Positions 34,348 through 47,260 of a stretch of DNA of 64,000 nucleotides are shown here, piece after piece (the first letter of the stretch is position 1; each line of letters opens with the position of its first letter). The stretch comes from Minutocellus sp. GHC0000111 (lineage: Eukaryota). The position numbers and the translations under genes are program-made. The DNA lies in contig OZ361257.1 in the NCBI GenBank assembly GCA_977018835.1, positions 2,542,001 to 2,606,000 of the forward strand, given 5' to 3'. The notes beneath the pieces are model-generated. The model was not told where the DNA came from. It saw nothing but the letters and a program-made list of their open reading frames with translations, and ran no database searches.

Positions 34348-37300
34348 TCATTTAGTAATACCTCGCAACTTTCGCGTAGAAACAACGTTTGAATAATTTG
34401 CACAATCATCATCGGCGTCAATGCAGATGGCAGGGCTGCCGCCACAAGATCGACAATGCGTGGCGTTATAACCGACGCCCAAGGTACCACAGTGAACGTT
34501 GCCATTAAACTTGTGACAGTGCTCAAAAAGGCAATTGGAGTCACAACCAGAACCAACCAATCCATTATAATCGCCAAGATCACACTCTTCCCATCCTTCA
34601 CGTACGCCATCACCACAAACTGGCTCTGGAATACATTGTCCATTGTAGAGATGAGGCGTGTCACAAGGACACTTTACAACAATGCTAATTGGACAGGTCG
34701 CCTCGAGACCGGCCTCGTCCTTCGCCGTGCATAGAACTGAGGTAGGCCCAGGGGGGAAGTACATACCACTGCTGACGGGTTCATCACTGACACTATTGAC
34801 GCAGCCCAACAGCTCCAGACTAGCATCGGCGGTGTCCTTGAAGAGGTCCGTACTGAACGTCACGGTGGCTCCGGCAGGGCTCGTTGCCTCCTCGATGATC
34901 GGATCGTCGTTCGGATTCTCGGTGCTGTCCTTGCAGGTAGGTGGCAACGTGTCGACGACCCTCACCACGAAGCTGCAATCAGTGCTCAGCAAGGGCAGGT
35001 CATCCGCTGCTGGGGTACCAAGCTCGGAATGAGAGTTGTCGACGGCCGTGCAGGTGACGGTCGTGGTGCCGATCGGGTACACGTCGTCAACTGGATTGTC
35101 GCACGTTACAGTCACCGGAGCATCGACAGCATCCGTCGCCGTGGGCAGAGCGAAGGTAAATGTGGCTCCGGCAGGGCTCGTGGCCTGCAAAGCACCGCCA
35201 GGACTACCGATAGCGGCAATGTCGGTCATATCGATGGGACAACCTTCGCCATCTCCTGGGCCACCTGGATAGTCGTCAAAGGTGGGCGGTACCGTGTCGA
35301 CGACCCTCACCACGAAGCTGCAATCAGTGCTCAGCAAGGGCAGGTCATCCGCTGCTGGGGTACCAAGCTCGGAATGAGAGTTGTCGACGGCCGTGCAGGT
35401 GACGGTCGTGGTGCCGATCGGGTACACGTCGTCAACTGGATTGTCGCACGTTACAGTCACCGGAGCATCGACAGCATCCGTCGCCGTGGGCAGAACGAAG
35501 GTAAATGTGGCTCCGGCAGGGCCCGTGGCCTGCAAAGCACCGCCAGGACTACCGATAGTGGCAATGTCGGTCATATCGATGGGACAACCTTCGCCATCTC
35601 CTGGGCCACCTGGATAGTCGTCAAAGGTGGGCGGTACCGTGTCGACGACCCTCACCACGAAGCTGCAATCAGTGCTCAGCAAGGGCAGGTCATCCGCTGC
35701 TGGGGTACCAAGCTCGGAATGAGAGTTGTTGACGGCCGTGCAGGTGACGGTCGTGGTGCCGATCGGGTACACGTCGTCAACTGGATTGTCGCACGTTACA
35801 GTCACCGGAGCATCGACAGCATCCGTCGCCGTGGGCAGAACGAAGGTAAATGTGGCTCCGGCAGGGCCCGTGGCCTGCAAAGCACCGCCAGGACTACCGA
35901 TAGTGGCAATGTCGGTCATATCGATGGGACATCCTTCGCCATCTCCTGGGCCACCTGGATAGTCGTCAAAGGTGGGCGGTACCGTATCGACGACTCTCAC
36001 CACGAAGCTGCACTCGTCATCGTAGTCTCCTTTTGTTGCGGTACAGGTGACTTCGGTTGTGCCGATACGGAAAACGCTTCCGCTGCTTTGAACGCAAATT
36101 ACAGAGGCATCACCAATACTTGGAGTGTTGTATTCGATGACTGCTCCGCTTGAATTTGTTGCCTGAACAGGAGAAGAAACGGGTACGTTGCCATCGGATG
36201 TTGTCATTGTAGTTGGACACACAAGCTTGCAAACGCCTGCGCGATGGAATGAGATGCGAGTACATATAAGATGAGACGTAAGAAAGACATAGGCGCAAGA
36301 GGATGAGGACGGGAAAAAATGCAGTACAAGTCAAATTCTGAGATGAATATGAACTCACCACCATTATTAAGTCCATTGCAGGTACTGCCACAAATACACT
36401 GAATTTCATTTGCAACTTCACAAATGGTTGTGCCCGCAGGACAACTAGGAGTTAGGCAGACTTCATTACCAGATGGGTCGGGGTAGAATCCATTCTCTTT
36501 GTCGCATTCACAGTCGATGCACCCAGGCAGTTCGGTGTCACACTCCTCACCGGCGTCTCGGTCTCCGTTGCCACATATCTTCTTGCATTGTCCCTCATTG
36601 ATGGGATCCGGTTCATATCCAGCGGTGGTATCGCAAAGACACTCCGAAGTGCAACCTTCTCCGTTTGGTTCGACGAGCACAAACCGCCCATCGTCACATT
36701 CCTCAGCACCGTCAAGGACATTATTGCCACAGGGTTTGCACACATTTTGTGGGGTAGAACGATCAGCCCACTCAACGATCTCAACTTTGAGTTCTCCACC
36801 TAGCAAGAGATTCTCGCCAATGAGGTACGTAGAGCAAGAGGTATGAACGTTCCAGTAGTAACATCCATCGTAGCCTGCAACAGATGTGGTCCCACATGTA
36901 GAATCCCCGGATGCCGTGCATCCAAGATTGGTGTAGTCGGCACCAAGGCAGAACCGGAATTCTGTCTGAGTGATCTTTTTGCCGTCTGAAGGAAATGTAA
37001 AATTAAATAAGTCGTGGCCGGCGTCGTCGGAATTCCAGGCACCGTAAGAATCGTAAGTTCCTCCCGGATACATAATGCTGCCGCCCTGCTGAGTTTTCCA
37101 AACCTCGATCGACTCCTTGAAGGTGGCAATGATGTGATCCTCAGAATGCGTTTCACCTAACGAGAAATGAAGCTCGAGCCATCCAAGTCCACCATCGTTA
37201 GCATTGCCTGTGCACTGACACGTGTCGGCATTCCACCCATACTGTGGAAGACGACGAAGGCCAACGGGACGGAGCTTGGCCGATGGGGACGACCTGGCAA

Positions 37301-37586
37301 TCTCGGCCGGAAAGATACTATTTCCGCCGCTATCACCGCCAAGGAAGGGACGAGACGTCAGGCTGGCTTCGGCTGGAAGATCAAGTTGATCAGGAGTACC
37401 ACGAACCTCCGAGGAATCCGAATCGCGTTGGCCAAAGAGGCCAGACCAAGCAACGGCATCGGCACTAGGACCAAGGGCGACAAGACCGAGGGCGACTGCC
37501 ACGGAAACGACGAGCGAGAGAAGTCCGAACTTCTTCGGCTGGTACGAAGAGGCGGGAGGGGTGAGCTTACTGAAGGCGACGGTCAT
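34348..37586 (-). CDS. Cell-surface or secreted protein with HYR domains and Myxococcus-type Cys-rich repeats, two exons
   Basis: Hydrophobic N-terminus; CGNNVLDGAEECDDG, CGNGDRDAGEECD, CGDGVREGWEECDLG; HYR motifs DTVPP...ATDAVD...YPIGTTTVTCTA..CSFVVRV; intron 36237-36358. Confidence 0.85.
34951..36011. repeat. Three near-identical 345-bp tandem repeats (115-aa HYR unit)
   Basis: gtcgacgaccctcaccacgaagctgca recurs at 34951, 35296 and 35641, with a variant at 35986; only a few substitutions between copies. Confidence 0.97.
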
Positions 37587-40500
37587 GATCACGGCGAGCT
37601 GGTTGTACGCAAATCGAAAGAAGAAGGTGAGATAGAATACGGTCAGAGTTGAAAAGTAAGAGAATCGAATTGTCGGCCAGGTGAAGTACCCTTACCTATA
37701 TCAAGCAAAGCAAAAAGCAGAAATTACGACGCAGATGAAAGCTTGGGCGAGTAGCTACGTAGTAGGCACTTGCGTAACTTCTTGACTCAAGATTGAGCTC
37801 GGGATGTACTTGGTCAATCGAAACTGGAATCAATGACCAAGGATGGAAAATTTTCTGCCTGAGTTGGGATGTAGGCCAAGTTTACAAATTGTCGAGATAT
37901 GAGATGGATAGAGCAGCACATCCGTGATGATCAAACTTATGGTCAAAGAAACGGCAAAGACATAGCCAGGCAGGTCGAACAATCTACATGCAACTCACCT
38001 GATATATAAGATATCACGAGCAGAAGCGAATATCACAAGGTTTTGTGTTGGGCAAGAATTCGGTCAATCTCGGGGACACAAAGTCGACGATCGATCGAAT
38101 GAAACGAGTGGGCTACTCTGGGTGGAGAATGTGTATCAAAGCTCGACGTTTGGATGAACCACGGCGACGAGTCTCTCAGATTATGTTTGGTGAGATTGCT
38201 AGTAGATCAATCAATCTCAATGTGCTCTGCCTATAGTTGTAGTCGTAGAACGGAAGATGGTCAGTGAGACCGGTCGAGATTTGGATCCAGGGACACAAGA
38301 GAGGCAAGCGACGAGCAGAGGTTAGATACGAGGTATTGAGGAGATTGGCACCCTTTACAAATCGAGAGACCGCCAAGGCAATCAACAGGCGAACAAGACG
38401 AAGAGGCCGGCCAGGGCAATACAGTAAGCTTGACATCATGGGCGAACCGATGATCCGTGACTGCCAAAAATCATCAGAAGATACACATGATCACGCCTCC
38501 AGCAGGCCGAGACGACGCCAACGGCGGCGCCATATCCATCAGACGGCAACATTCTGTAACCAAACGAGAAAGATTGCGTCGGTATATCATCACTCACCTG
38601 ATATATCACAAGCAGAAAGGGAAAGTTTTAATAAGATTTTTTGTTGGGGATGTTTTGGATGGATCGGGAATGATCGCGATCGCTTACGATTTTCTCCTAA
38701 ATTTCGGCGGATGGGCTTGGAAGGCACGTCGGGCTGGTTCAGGAAAGTTGGTCGGCAGCGACGATGGGGACTTTTGATTGCTTTGAATTGCCAATACGAG
38801 AGGACGTATCAACGAATCGATCGGGATTAATGGGTTGATTTGATGTGGATCTGAAATTGCATTTTGTGGGCCTGCATGCCGCACAAGGCGGTGGCAGCAT
38901 AGCACACTAAACACCCGCATTGCCGGGTTTGAATCATAAGGCTTTTCGAACTCGGCCCCCAAAGTCGAGAGTTGCCGAAGGGGAAGCAAGATCCGGACGG
39001 AAATCAGATGCCGGATGTCGCATCGGGAAAGAATCAAAGCTTTTTGTTTCGAGGAGCTCGCACCAAAGGGACCCGGATTTTCTCCTCATGGATGGCGCAG
39101 TTACCGGGCGCTCCGCGAACCATGGGCTTTCAGTGCGGGCTCAGCCCGCCGCGATACCGCCCCCGGCGCTTCTTCTCCCGTACAATTCACTCATTTTGAT
39201 CGGGACAGGCCGGAGGTGATGGAAAGCGATGGGCTGTCGATACCCATCCATCTCCATGCAGCACCTCCGTTGCAGTACTATGTAGTAGGTCGGGTCGGGC
39301 TGGAAAGTGCCGCCGGCTGGCTGCTGCCGCATGAACCCGCCTGTATGGCACGACGTCTCCAAAAAAGTAAATCTCGTACCCGTCATTCAGAAAGGCATCT
39401 TCTTTTGAGATGCCCAGCTGGATGTCAGACAAAGAGCGCCCTTATTTGTCCTTTCAAGAGTGAGGGCTGATATGCGTGGTCGTAATCGTCCGCCAAAAAA
39501 GGCAAAAAAGGGCTCAAGCAGGATCTCAATTATGGCTCTGCCCTTGAACCGTGACTGTGGTCCGTCACATGCGACGAATGACCTTCGGCCCCTGCTTATG
39601 GCCCCGTCGATAGGCCTGGACAAAAGAGAGATGCCCAACGTCGATCCGGGAAGGGATCGACGACGATCCAGCAATGACCCTTGAACTCTTATGGCACCGC
39701 GCAGATGCCCGGGAGGGACCATAAACTTTCTGGACATCGCTCTGGGGAGGGCTGTTGTAGTGTAGTCCTGGAATTGACACCTTCTATTGATGCAATTCGT
39801 GCAAGTGCAAAATCCAATGACTTTGCGTTCCAGGAAGAAGTCGAAGTGGATAGGACGGGCAGGGGGCGAATGATCCATCCTCCTAAGAGTATCGCCTTGG
39901 CGTTGACCGTAAGCAGTCTCCCCTGCAGCCGTCTCTCGGTCATAAACAGCAAGATCGCCGCCCTCGACAGTGATGGATGCGGTCGCAGCCAGACCCTGAG
40001 TTGTTGGAGTCGAATCGACAACGTTCAGAGACGAACGCCGAGACAATCATCCATGTCGACCTTCGTCCCCCACGAAGAGACAGAACGATCAGCAGCGACG
40101 TCGCGACGGATGATCCTTCCAATTCTAAAATGGGCAATCAATTTGGTCATTTCGACTCTTCGGTCTCAGCTGAGAATAATTTTATTGCTAAGCAAGACAA
40201 GTCCCATCACAGATTGTCCCACATGGCGATGATTATTTTATTATTTTCTTACGTGTTTGTCAATTGTCGGTATGATCAAGAAGTGAATCGATCGGTGAAG
40301 CGACATCGGCGCCGCTTTACGGGATTTGCCGAATAGGATTTTATTTTTTATTATGTATTCCTCTGAAGGTCTGTAAGAAAATACACGTAGTATCGCATAA
40401 GAGTACGAGTGTCTAAAGTTAGCAGATCTTGGCTAGAATTTACATGAACAGCCCCATTTCAAGTTGGAGCCAGCTATATACATACATTCATTCTATTCAA

Positions 40501-40963
40501 CCGGTATTCTGTTCTATTCTATTCAACCGGTATTCTATTCTACACGTCATTCGAGTCGAGAATACGGTTACTACGAGCAATTTAGAGGCTTTAGAAGTGG
40601 ACCTGAACGGCACTATGAGTAATTATTTGCGGCTATCTCTGCTTGTTCTAAGCTACTTTCTTCACTTCCCATCGCCTGAGTATGTCAACGTGATAAAACG
40701 ACTATGTAGAAAATTGTTATACATGTACCAGTACAAGTACATGTGTAGAGAAGCGTGGTGGTGGTGGTGGTGTCGTCCGGCTAAGTATAGCTTAAATCTA
40801 TCTATCATAATGAAAAGTTAGAACCAAATCCAATTGGATAGGTAGCCGCGTTTGCATCAGTAAGAACGAATATTGATAATATAAAAAACAAAGTCGCAAT
40901 TGTGAAACACATTGTAGGATGAAATTGAGTAAGGGTAAGGTAAAGGTCAGTACATGTGTAGAT

Positions 40964-41622
40964 CTACTCGAGGTCACGGTCTCTCCAAGCGTTGGGATTG
41001 TTCGCCGGTACGAAGCCTTCGAAGGTAGCTGCTAGATTAAGTCTGGCTGATTGGCTCCTGGTAGTTCTTCTTGGTACGGGCACTTCTGTGTCTTCTTCGA
41101 CGGATGCTATTACTGCAGCTACTGTAGCATTAGTAAGAGCATTTATCATCGGAGACATGGTAGCGCGGCTGATACCCTGAGTCGAACGGGGAGACAATTC
41201 GTTGACGGCTACTTCTATGTCATCAGCAGTAAACGGCTCTGTGATGACGGTGTCGTCGTCATTGGTAGTGATGAGGGAGCACTGGGTGTATGTTGGACCA
41301 TGGCGAAATTCACAGCCATTGCAGAAGGGAGGTCTTCTATGCATCGACAGTTCCCGCAAATAGTGGGGCCTCTATCGTTGCTCGGTGTCGATGGCTTGAT
41401 GTTGACGATGGCTCTGGACTTCCTCGGCGGTATCTGCCCTGGCTTCGTTGGTTTGAAGGTGGCGTAGGTGCCGGGCTCGAGTCCCAAATACATCTCCATT
41501 ATCGATGGCCAATCTTCTGATTGCACTAGTTGGAACAGCGGGTAGATTCGGGGAGTGACGGTGATTGATCCAGCCTTTTTGATAAACGGAGCAAGCAGCA
41601 ATATTATCGAGTACGAGTACAT
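40964..41622 (-). pseudogene. Degenerate ORF remnant with a Cys/His cluster, possibly TE-derived
   Basis: Two overlapping frames: ICGNCRC / HRRPPFCNGCEFRHGPTYTQC, followed by a coding-like tail. Confidence 0.3.
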
Positions 41623-42200
41623 GTGTCATCTTATTTACAATAAAAGACGGTGCTGTTACACAAGCAGGTACACGAGAAAAAAAGGCATGCATCTCCCTCT
41701 AGATCTAAAAAGAATCCACAACAAATTCCAGCCCTTCCAGCATGAGCACTTTCGTCTCGCCCTCTACAGTGCTCCGCCAGCACCTGGCAAGTGCGGCGTG
41801 CCAGTCAGTAAAAGTCCTAGCGCGACGTAGATCTAGTTCAACGTACATACCGGTATGCATGTAGATCTACCGGTAGTTTGCGCAGCAAAGGGCATCCTTT
41901 GGCGGTCCTTTGGTCGACGATGGCGTGGTCGACTGCGATACATGTGGCGATAGCGATGATGCGATGATGGCATGCGAACCACTTTTTAAAGGTTCGCAGC
42001 GATGAGAACGCAACATCACGTCAGCACGTCACGGCGCTGGCTTCGCATGCTACCGCCTGCTCGCTCACCGCCAGCGTTTGCTGGTGGCAATCAAAGGCAT
42101 TGAACAACGAGAACCGCAAGAGAAACGATTACAACCCGAACTCAAAAAAAAGCATATCAACAATACACATCCCCACATCGCCACCCAAAACCAAAATTCG

Positions 42201-44746
42201 ATGAAGATTCATCATCCCACATTGGTCACAGTCATTGTAGCCTTGACGATCCCATCGTCTATGCTCGTCGTCGATGCCAGTGTTTTCTTCCATGGGCCTG
42301 ATATTAATGCTTCGAATAGACTTCCTGATCATGTTGCTGCTCGGTTGGGCCTTATTGCCGGTCGCGGAAGGCTGGAGCGAATCCCTCCTGAGTCGATCGC
42401 CGCCTGCACCCAAGGTAACGGACATCCTGGACCTTGCGAAGACAAGTCCACAGCGCGAACGGCGATGAGAGGAAACTCCACCTCAACCCTCACCATCTTC
42501 TGTCGAGCGCCTACCAATTACGTGTACAAGACAGAGGTGGCAACCTCACGCCAATCATATCAGGCCCAGAGACGACGTTTCTCGGAAACGACGGCAACAA
42601 CAAAGTTGCTGCGTCGATCTACGATGGCCAAATAACTGCGGAGATATTAGACCAAAACGGCACCTGGTTCATTGAATCACTTGGTACAGCCGGGGACCAT
42701 GCTATTTTTTCCCATGACAACATCAACGACGATCCAGAGAAGACATGCAGCGTCTTTCCTCCTCCAGCTCGGGATCTCGTAGAGCTTGGCGTCGACTCCC
42801 ATGATGACATCACTTCCCGCCAGCTTACTAGTACGAACGACCACCACCGACCTCTTCGCCACCCCTACCTCCGTGGCTCCAACCGCCTACTAACAGGCCC
42901 ACTACCAGCAGTAGCCGAGCTTGCCATCGATTCAGACTACGAGTACTACGTAAACCATGGCTCTGATGTCTATGCAGTTCAAGCCAGGATCGAATCAGTG
43001 ATCAATGCCATGAACGTGCAGTACGAGACCGAGGTCGGCATCACCCATGCCATTACGACGATAATTGTTCGAACTGTGGATGATGATCCAAATCCCTATA
43101 CCTCGACAAATGCCGGATTTCTTTTGAATCAGTTTCGTTTGGAGTGGGACGCGAACCAAGCCGGCACTCCTCGAGATGTCGCTCAGTAAGTACAATGAGG
43201 CTTGTTCGACACGTTTGTTTTTTTGTCGAGGGCCACAAATCGTACTAGTACTCATACTAAACCGCTTTTACTATTAATATTTTGAATTTAAACGAGCAGG
43301 TTGTTCACAGGGAAGGATCTGGATTATGGAATAATTGGTACTGCTTGGGCAGGAACTGTATGCCATCCTACCCACGGATATAGTTTAGTCCAATCCGATC
43401 ACGGAAACAACTTTGCATCGGCCACCGACATATCTGCGCATGAGCTTGGTAAGCACCTTCTGGCTAGTCTATGGAATGCATCCATCTGTTCTTGTCAGAT
43501 AGGATCTGACTTTTACTCGAAACTTCTCGCGATATTTTTCTTTTTTCCTTTATCAGGTCATAACTGGGGGGCATCCCACTGCGATTGTCAGAGCAATACT
43601 ATGCACGCATCGGCCACCAGCGCTAATACCTTCCACCTGACTGAGACTAGGCCAACAATTGAGCAGTTCCGTGATTCCGTGTATGACGCTTGTCTCTCGA
43701 CCTTGGCATCTTCTTCCTGCCTGTACGATAGTGATTGCGAGGATAACATACCGTGCACCATGGACTCGTGCGACACTAGCGCCGGCACAGGGATTTGCCA
43801 ACACTCTCCCAACGATGACCTCTGTGATAATGGGATCTTCTGCGATGGACAAGAAATCTGTAACACTATAAGCGGGTGTATGCAGGGGAATAACCCATGC
43901 GACGATGGGATCCTTTGCACTGAAGATATTTGCAACGAGGTCGACTCATCCTGCAGCAATGTCGCCAATAATGCACTATGTGAGACCGGACTTTTTTGCG
44001 ATGGAATCAACAAGACATGCGATCCCATCGGAGGCTGCCAAGTGGTCGGCGAGCGTTGCCCAGGTCAGTTCTGCGATGAATCTACCGAAGAGTGCGTCGA
44101 TTGCCTCACTGATACCGATTGCTCCGACAGCCTCTTCTGTACTGGCGAGGAGACCTGCTCGGGTGGCGTTTGCAATAACGGCACCGCACCTTGTGGCGCA
44201 GACCTGTGTGATGAGGATAGTGACAATTGCCTCGATTGTCTTGTTGATGACGATTGCAATGATGGTCTATATTGCAATGGCATCGATATTTGTTCTTCTT
44301 CAGGTTTTTGCGAGGCTGGGCAAAATCCTTGCACTCCTCCAGAGACATGTAGCGAAGCCATCTGCCAAGGTGGATGTGGGGGGTGCTCCGATGAAGCCAC
44401 CTGCCTTCAATCGCCAAATTGTACCTGGACGAAGGTTAATATTACCTGTGTCGATCCGGAACCATGCACTGAATGCCTTACCAAGACAACATGTGCTGTC
44501 AACTGTCCAGATTGTTCGTGGTCGAACAAGGACAAATTGTGCATGGACACCAACGATACCCCGTGTGGACCGATCGAGTGCACAGGTACGCCACCGCCAT
44601 GTGAGAGGAGCTGCACCGGAACTCAAGCCACCTATACCTGTCATTCTACTCCTATGTGCGGTGGCACCGGTGATCCTTGCACCACCAACGAGGAATGCTG
44701 CAAAACTTGCAGGACCAAAGGAAGGAATGCCAACACATGCAGCTAA
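42201..44746 (+). CDS. Secreted M12B (reprolysin-like) zinc metalloprotease with a Cys-rich repeat tail, three exons
   Basis: Signal peptide, prodomain (frameshift ~42440), AELAIDSDYEY, DVAQ|LFTGKDL, spliced AHELG|HNWGASH, Met-turn (NTM); introns 43186-43299 and 43449-43556; CDDGxxCTxDxC and CxDGLFCxGxExC repeats. Confidence 0.88.
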
Positions 44747-45058
44747 ACCTGCCACTTCCAACAATTTCACGCCTTGATACTCTACTACGGTGCGCTACCC
44801 CAGGTGGCAACTTCTATATAATATTTTTCAGCGCGTACGATCGTAGAAAGAGCTGGGAACAAAGACAATAAGCCAGGAATACATAGTCGGATGTAGTAAG
44901 TATCCAGATCGGGATTTCATTGAACGGAATGATAATAGCCTGCATAAGCATTAAACTTCATACGATCGTGACATTATAACTCATGAAGAATAGCCTGGTG
45001 TCCACAGGGGCTCAATTCAATTGGTCCATGTACTCTTGCTACTACGTAGTATGGTCAA

Positions 45059-46145
45059 TCACTCATCCTCATCCACACAAGGATCTCGATCCCAACCTTC
45101 CAGCAACTCCAAGAAATTATCTGGCGACGACACAACCACCTGATCGCTGTGGAGCAAATAGTCGCGTATCCACATATGAGCCTCTCGTGCAGTCTCGAGC
45201 AAGAGCGAACGGATGAGATCGTACTGCTCGTCGCAAATGTCGATAAACATATTCTTGACATCCTCGGGAATTTGTTTCTTCTCGTGAGCCAGCAACGGTG
45301 GCAGTGGATTCTCCAGTCCGACATATTCCTGCAAATCCTGGATAAAAGTATCCGCTCTGGTCTGATTCTCGATGCTGAATTGATTGATCTCCATCAGAAA
45401 CAGCCTGGCTTCGGGAAGCGAGGCAATCGCCATTCCGTGATCTACCAACGATAGCTCTTCAGGAGTAGTCATGTCAGTAAGCCCTAGACGAGACAAGTAA
45501 TGATGAAATCTTGCTGCATTTGTACAAACACCTTCTCTATGCGGCTCGCCCTTTTGATAGGTGTGCGTCACATACTCTGACCCAGCGTTGCAGGGGCCAA
45601 TCAGATCCATCACATTCGGCCTCCACTTGTCATGCTTCTTCAGGGCGTGCTGCCTCACTTTGTAATTGTAGAAGCTTTGGAACCAGAGAATGGGATGGCG
45701 CAGCGACACGATGAACTTGGTCCTCGGGAAATGCTTTTCGTAATTCTCCAATCCATGCACATCTTGCAAATCTCGTGGACATTTCAACCCATTTTTGATC
45801 CTTCTTTTGCCATCGGCCATCTTCCTCCCAAGCTTGTACATGGATATCTTTTTCGATACGTCGGACGATGATAGACAATGCTCCTCCCCACCCATATACG
45901 TCCCGAACGTGGTGCAGCAGATAGCTCGTGCCCGTCTTGGCAAAGCCAGTCACTGCAAATTCGATGAGAGGGACGTCTTCTTTGTCATCGATGGAATGAT
46001 GGACGTGCCCAAGTCGTCGATGATGCTGCTGATGCCGATGTCCACGAACTATAGTCGGCGTAGCCAAAGCCACTGCCGCCACAGCAAAGAGACCGATTGC
46101 GGCCCACGGACGTCGTCTTGCACCAGGAGGGGGGTCCATCTTCAT
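45059..46145 (-). CDS. Type II membrane sulfotransferase, frameshifted near 45905
   Basis: TM; FAVTGFAKTGTSYL (5'-PSB loop), GLKCP, KFIVSLRHPILWFQSFYNY (3'-PB motif). Confidence 0.8.
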
Positions 46146-46411
46146 TGGGATGTGCGCTTATTCTTCTTCCTCCTCGTTGGTGGAAGCAGGTGCGCGATAC
46201 AGTAACGATGGGAGAGCGAAGTGAAAGCCAAGTCAATGTAGCCCGGCTCAAAATCGTGTCGAGTGAGTCGACCACCAGCGATGATCGTGTACCGCGGTAC
46301 TATACTCTAGCTACGTAGCTAGAGCTAGAGTACCTAGGCCTACTAGCCTAGGTACGCGTGTGGTGGCGATGAACATGGCACCACCATACCAAAAAGGCAA
46401 AGGCTACTAGT

Positions 46412-47089
46412 ATGCGATCCCCACGCCTCGTAGTTCCAGCCCTACTCGCTGCGGTGCACTCTAGCTGCACACATAGTAATGTGGCGGCATTCGCTCCACC
46501 GCAACCAGCGTACCTTTCCACCCAGCCGACTCGTCGCCGGCGTACGCCTGTAGAGCATGTGGCGGGGGCGCCAACAACGTCTGCCTCCCTCGTTGCTGGT
46601 GGCACCCTATTTTCTGGAAACAACCTGCACCATCGTGTATCTCATTCACGACGGCATAAATGCACATCGCTCTCATTTGCCAGATACGACAACCTGGTAT
46701 CAGGACTGGCGGAAATCAGCATCGGGTTCAGCCTCGGCGTGCTTTGGAGCGAGTTTGCGGTGATAACCAGTGGATGCGGACCGCTCAATTTCTCGGACAC
46801 ACTGGAGAGAATATGCTACCAGGGAGTCATACTGACCGCTGGCCTGTCCCTCTTTACGAGGATCGTTACCATTGGAGAGCAAGATTTGACGACGTATGTT
46901 TGCGACGAGTACTTTGGTGGGTCGTTGGCAGAAGCGACGGTCATTCAAGTGAGAGCTGCGGAATGGTTGAGCATAACGGCGGTAGTTGGAGCCTTCGTCT
47001 CATTGGGATTTCAGATTGCTCACGGCGAGCAGATGGATGGACTAAGTGGAATCAATACTGAGCTTTGCAGAGCAGTCCGAGAGTTGTAA
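46412..47089 (+). CDS. Hypothetical plastid-targeted membrane protein
   Basis: Signal peptide ending VAA-FAPP, R/S/T-rich transit peptide, about 3 hydrophobic helices. Confidence 0.7.
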   Translation: MRSPRLVVPALLAAVHSSCTHSNVAAFAPPQPAYLSTQPTRRRRTPVEHVAGAPTTSASLVAGGTLFSGNNLHHRVSHSRRHKCTSLSFARYDNLVSGLAEISIGFSLGVLWSEFAVITSGCGPLNFSDTLERICYQGVILTAGLSLFTRIVTIGEQDLTTYVCDEYFGGSLAEATVIQVRAAEWLSITAVVGAFVSLGFQIAHGEQMDGLSGINTELCRAVREL

Positions 47090-47260
47090 TATCGCATATC
47101 CCGATGTCCCAATGGGAAGAATTGCAGGAGAAGTCCACATACATGAGAGACTGAGTATTGTTACAATATGTAATCGATCTCTATTGTGTTGTGCCAGGAG
47201 CACAAGTTATCTTGCTCTCCCTCTTATTGTACATTGAAATGCACCGGTATTTTATTCTCC

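Noticed and set aside
34951..36011. Possible CRISPR-like or satellite array
   Set aside because: Units are 345 bp, in frame and coding, with no unique spacers
38264..40232. ORFs of 150-220 aa as a transposase or reverse transcriptase
   Set aside because: No RT, integrase or DDE motifs recognisable
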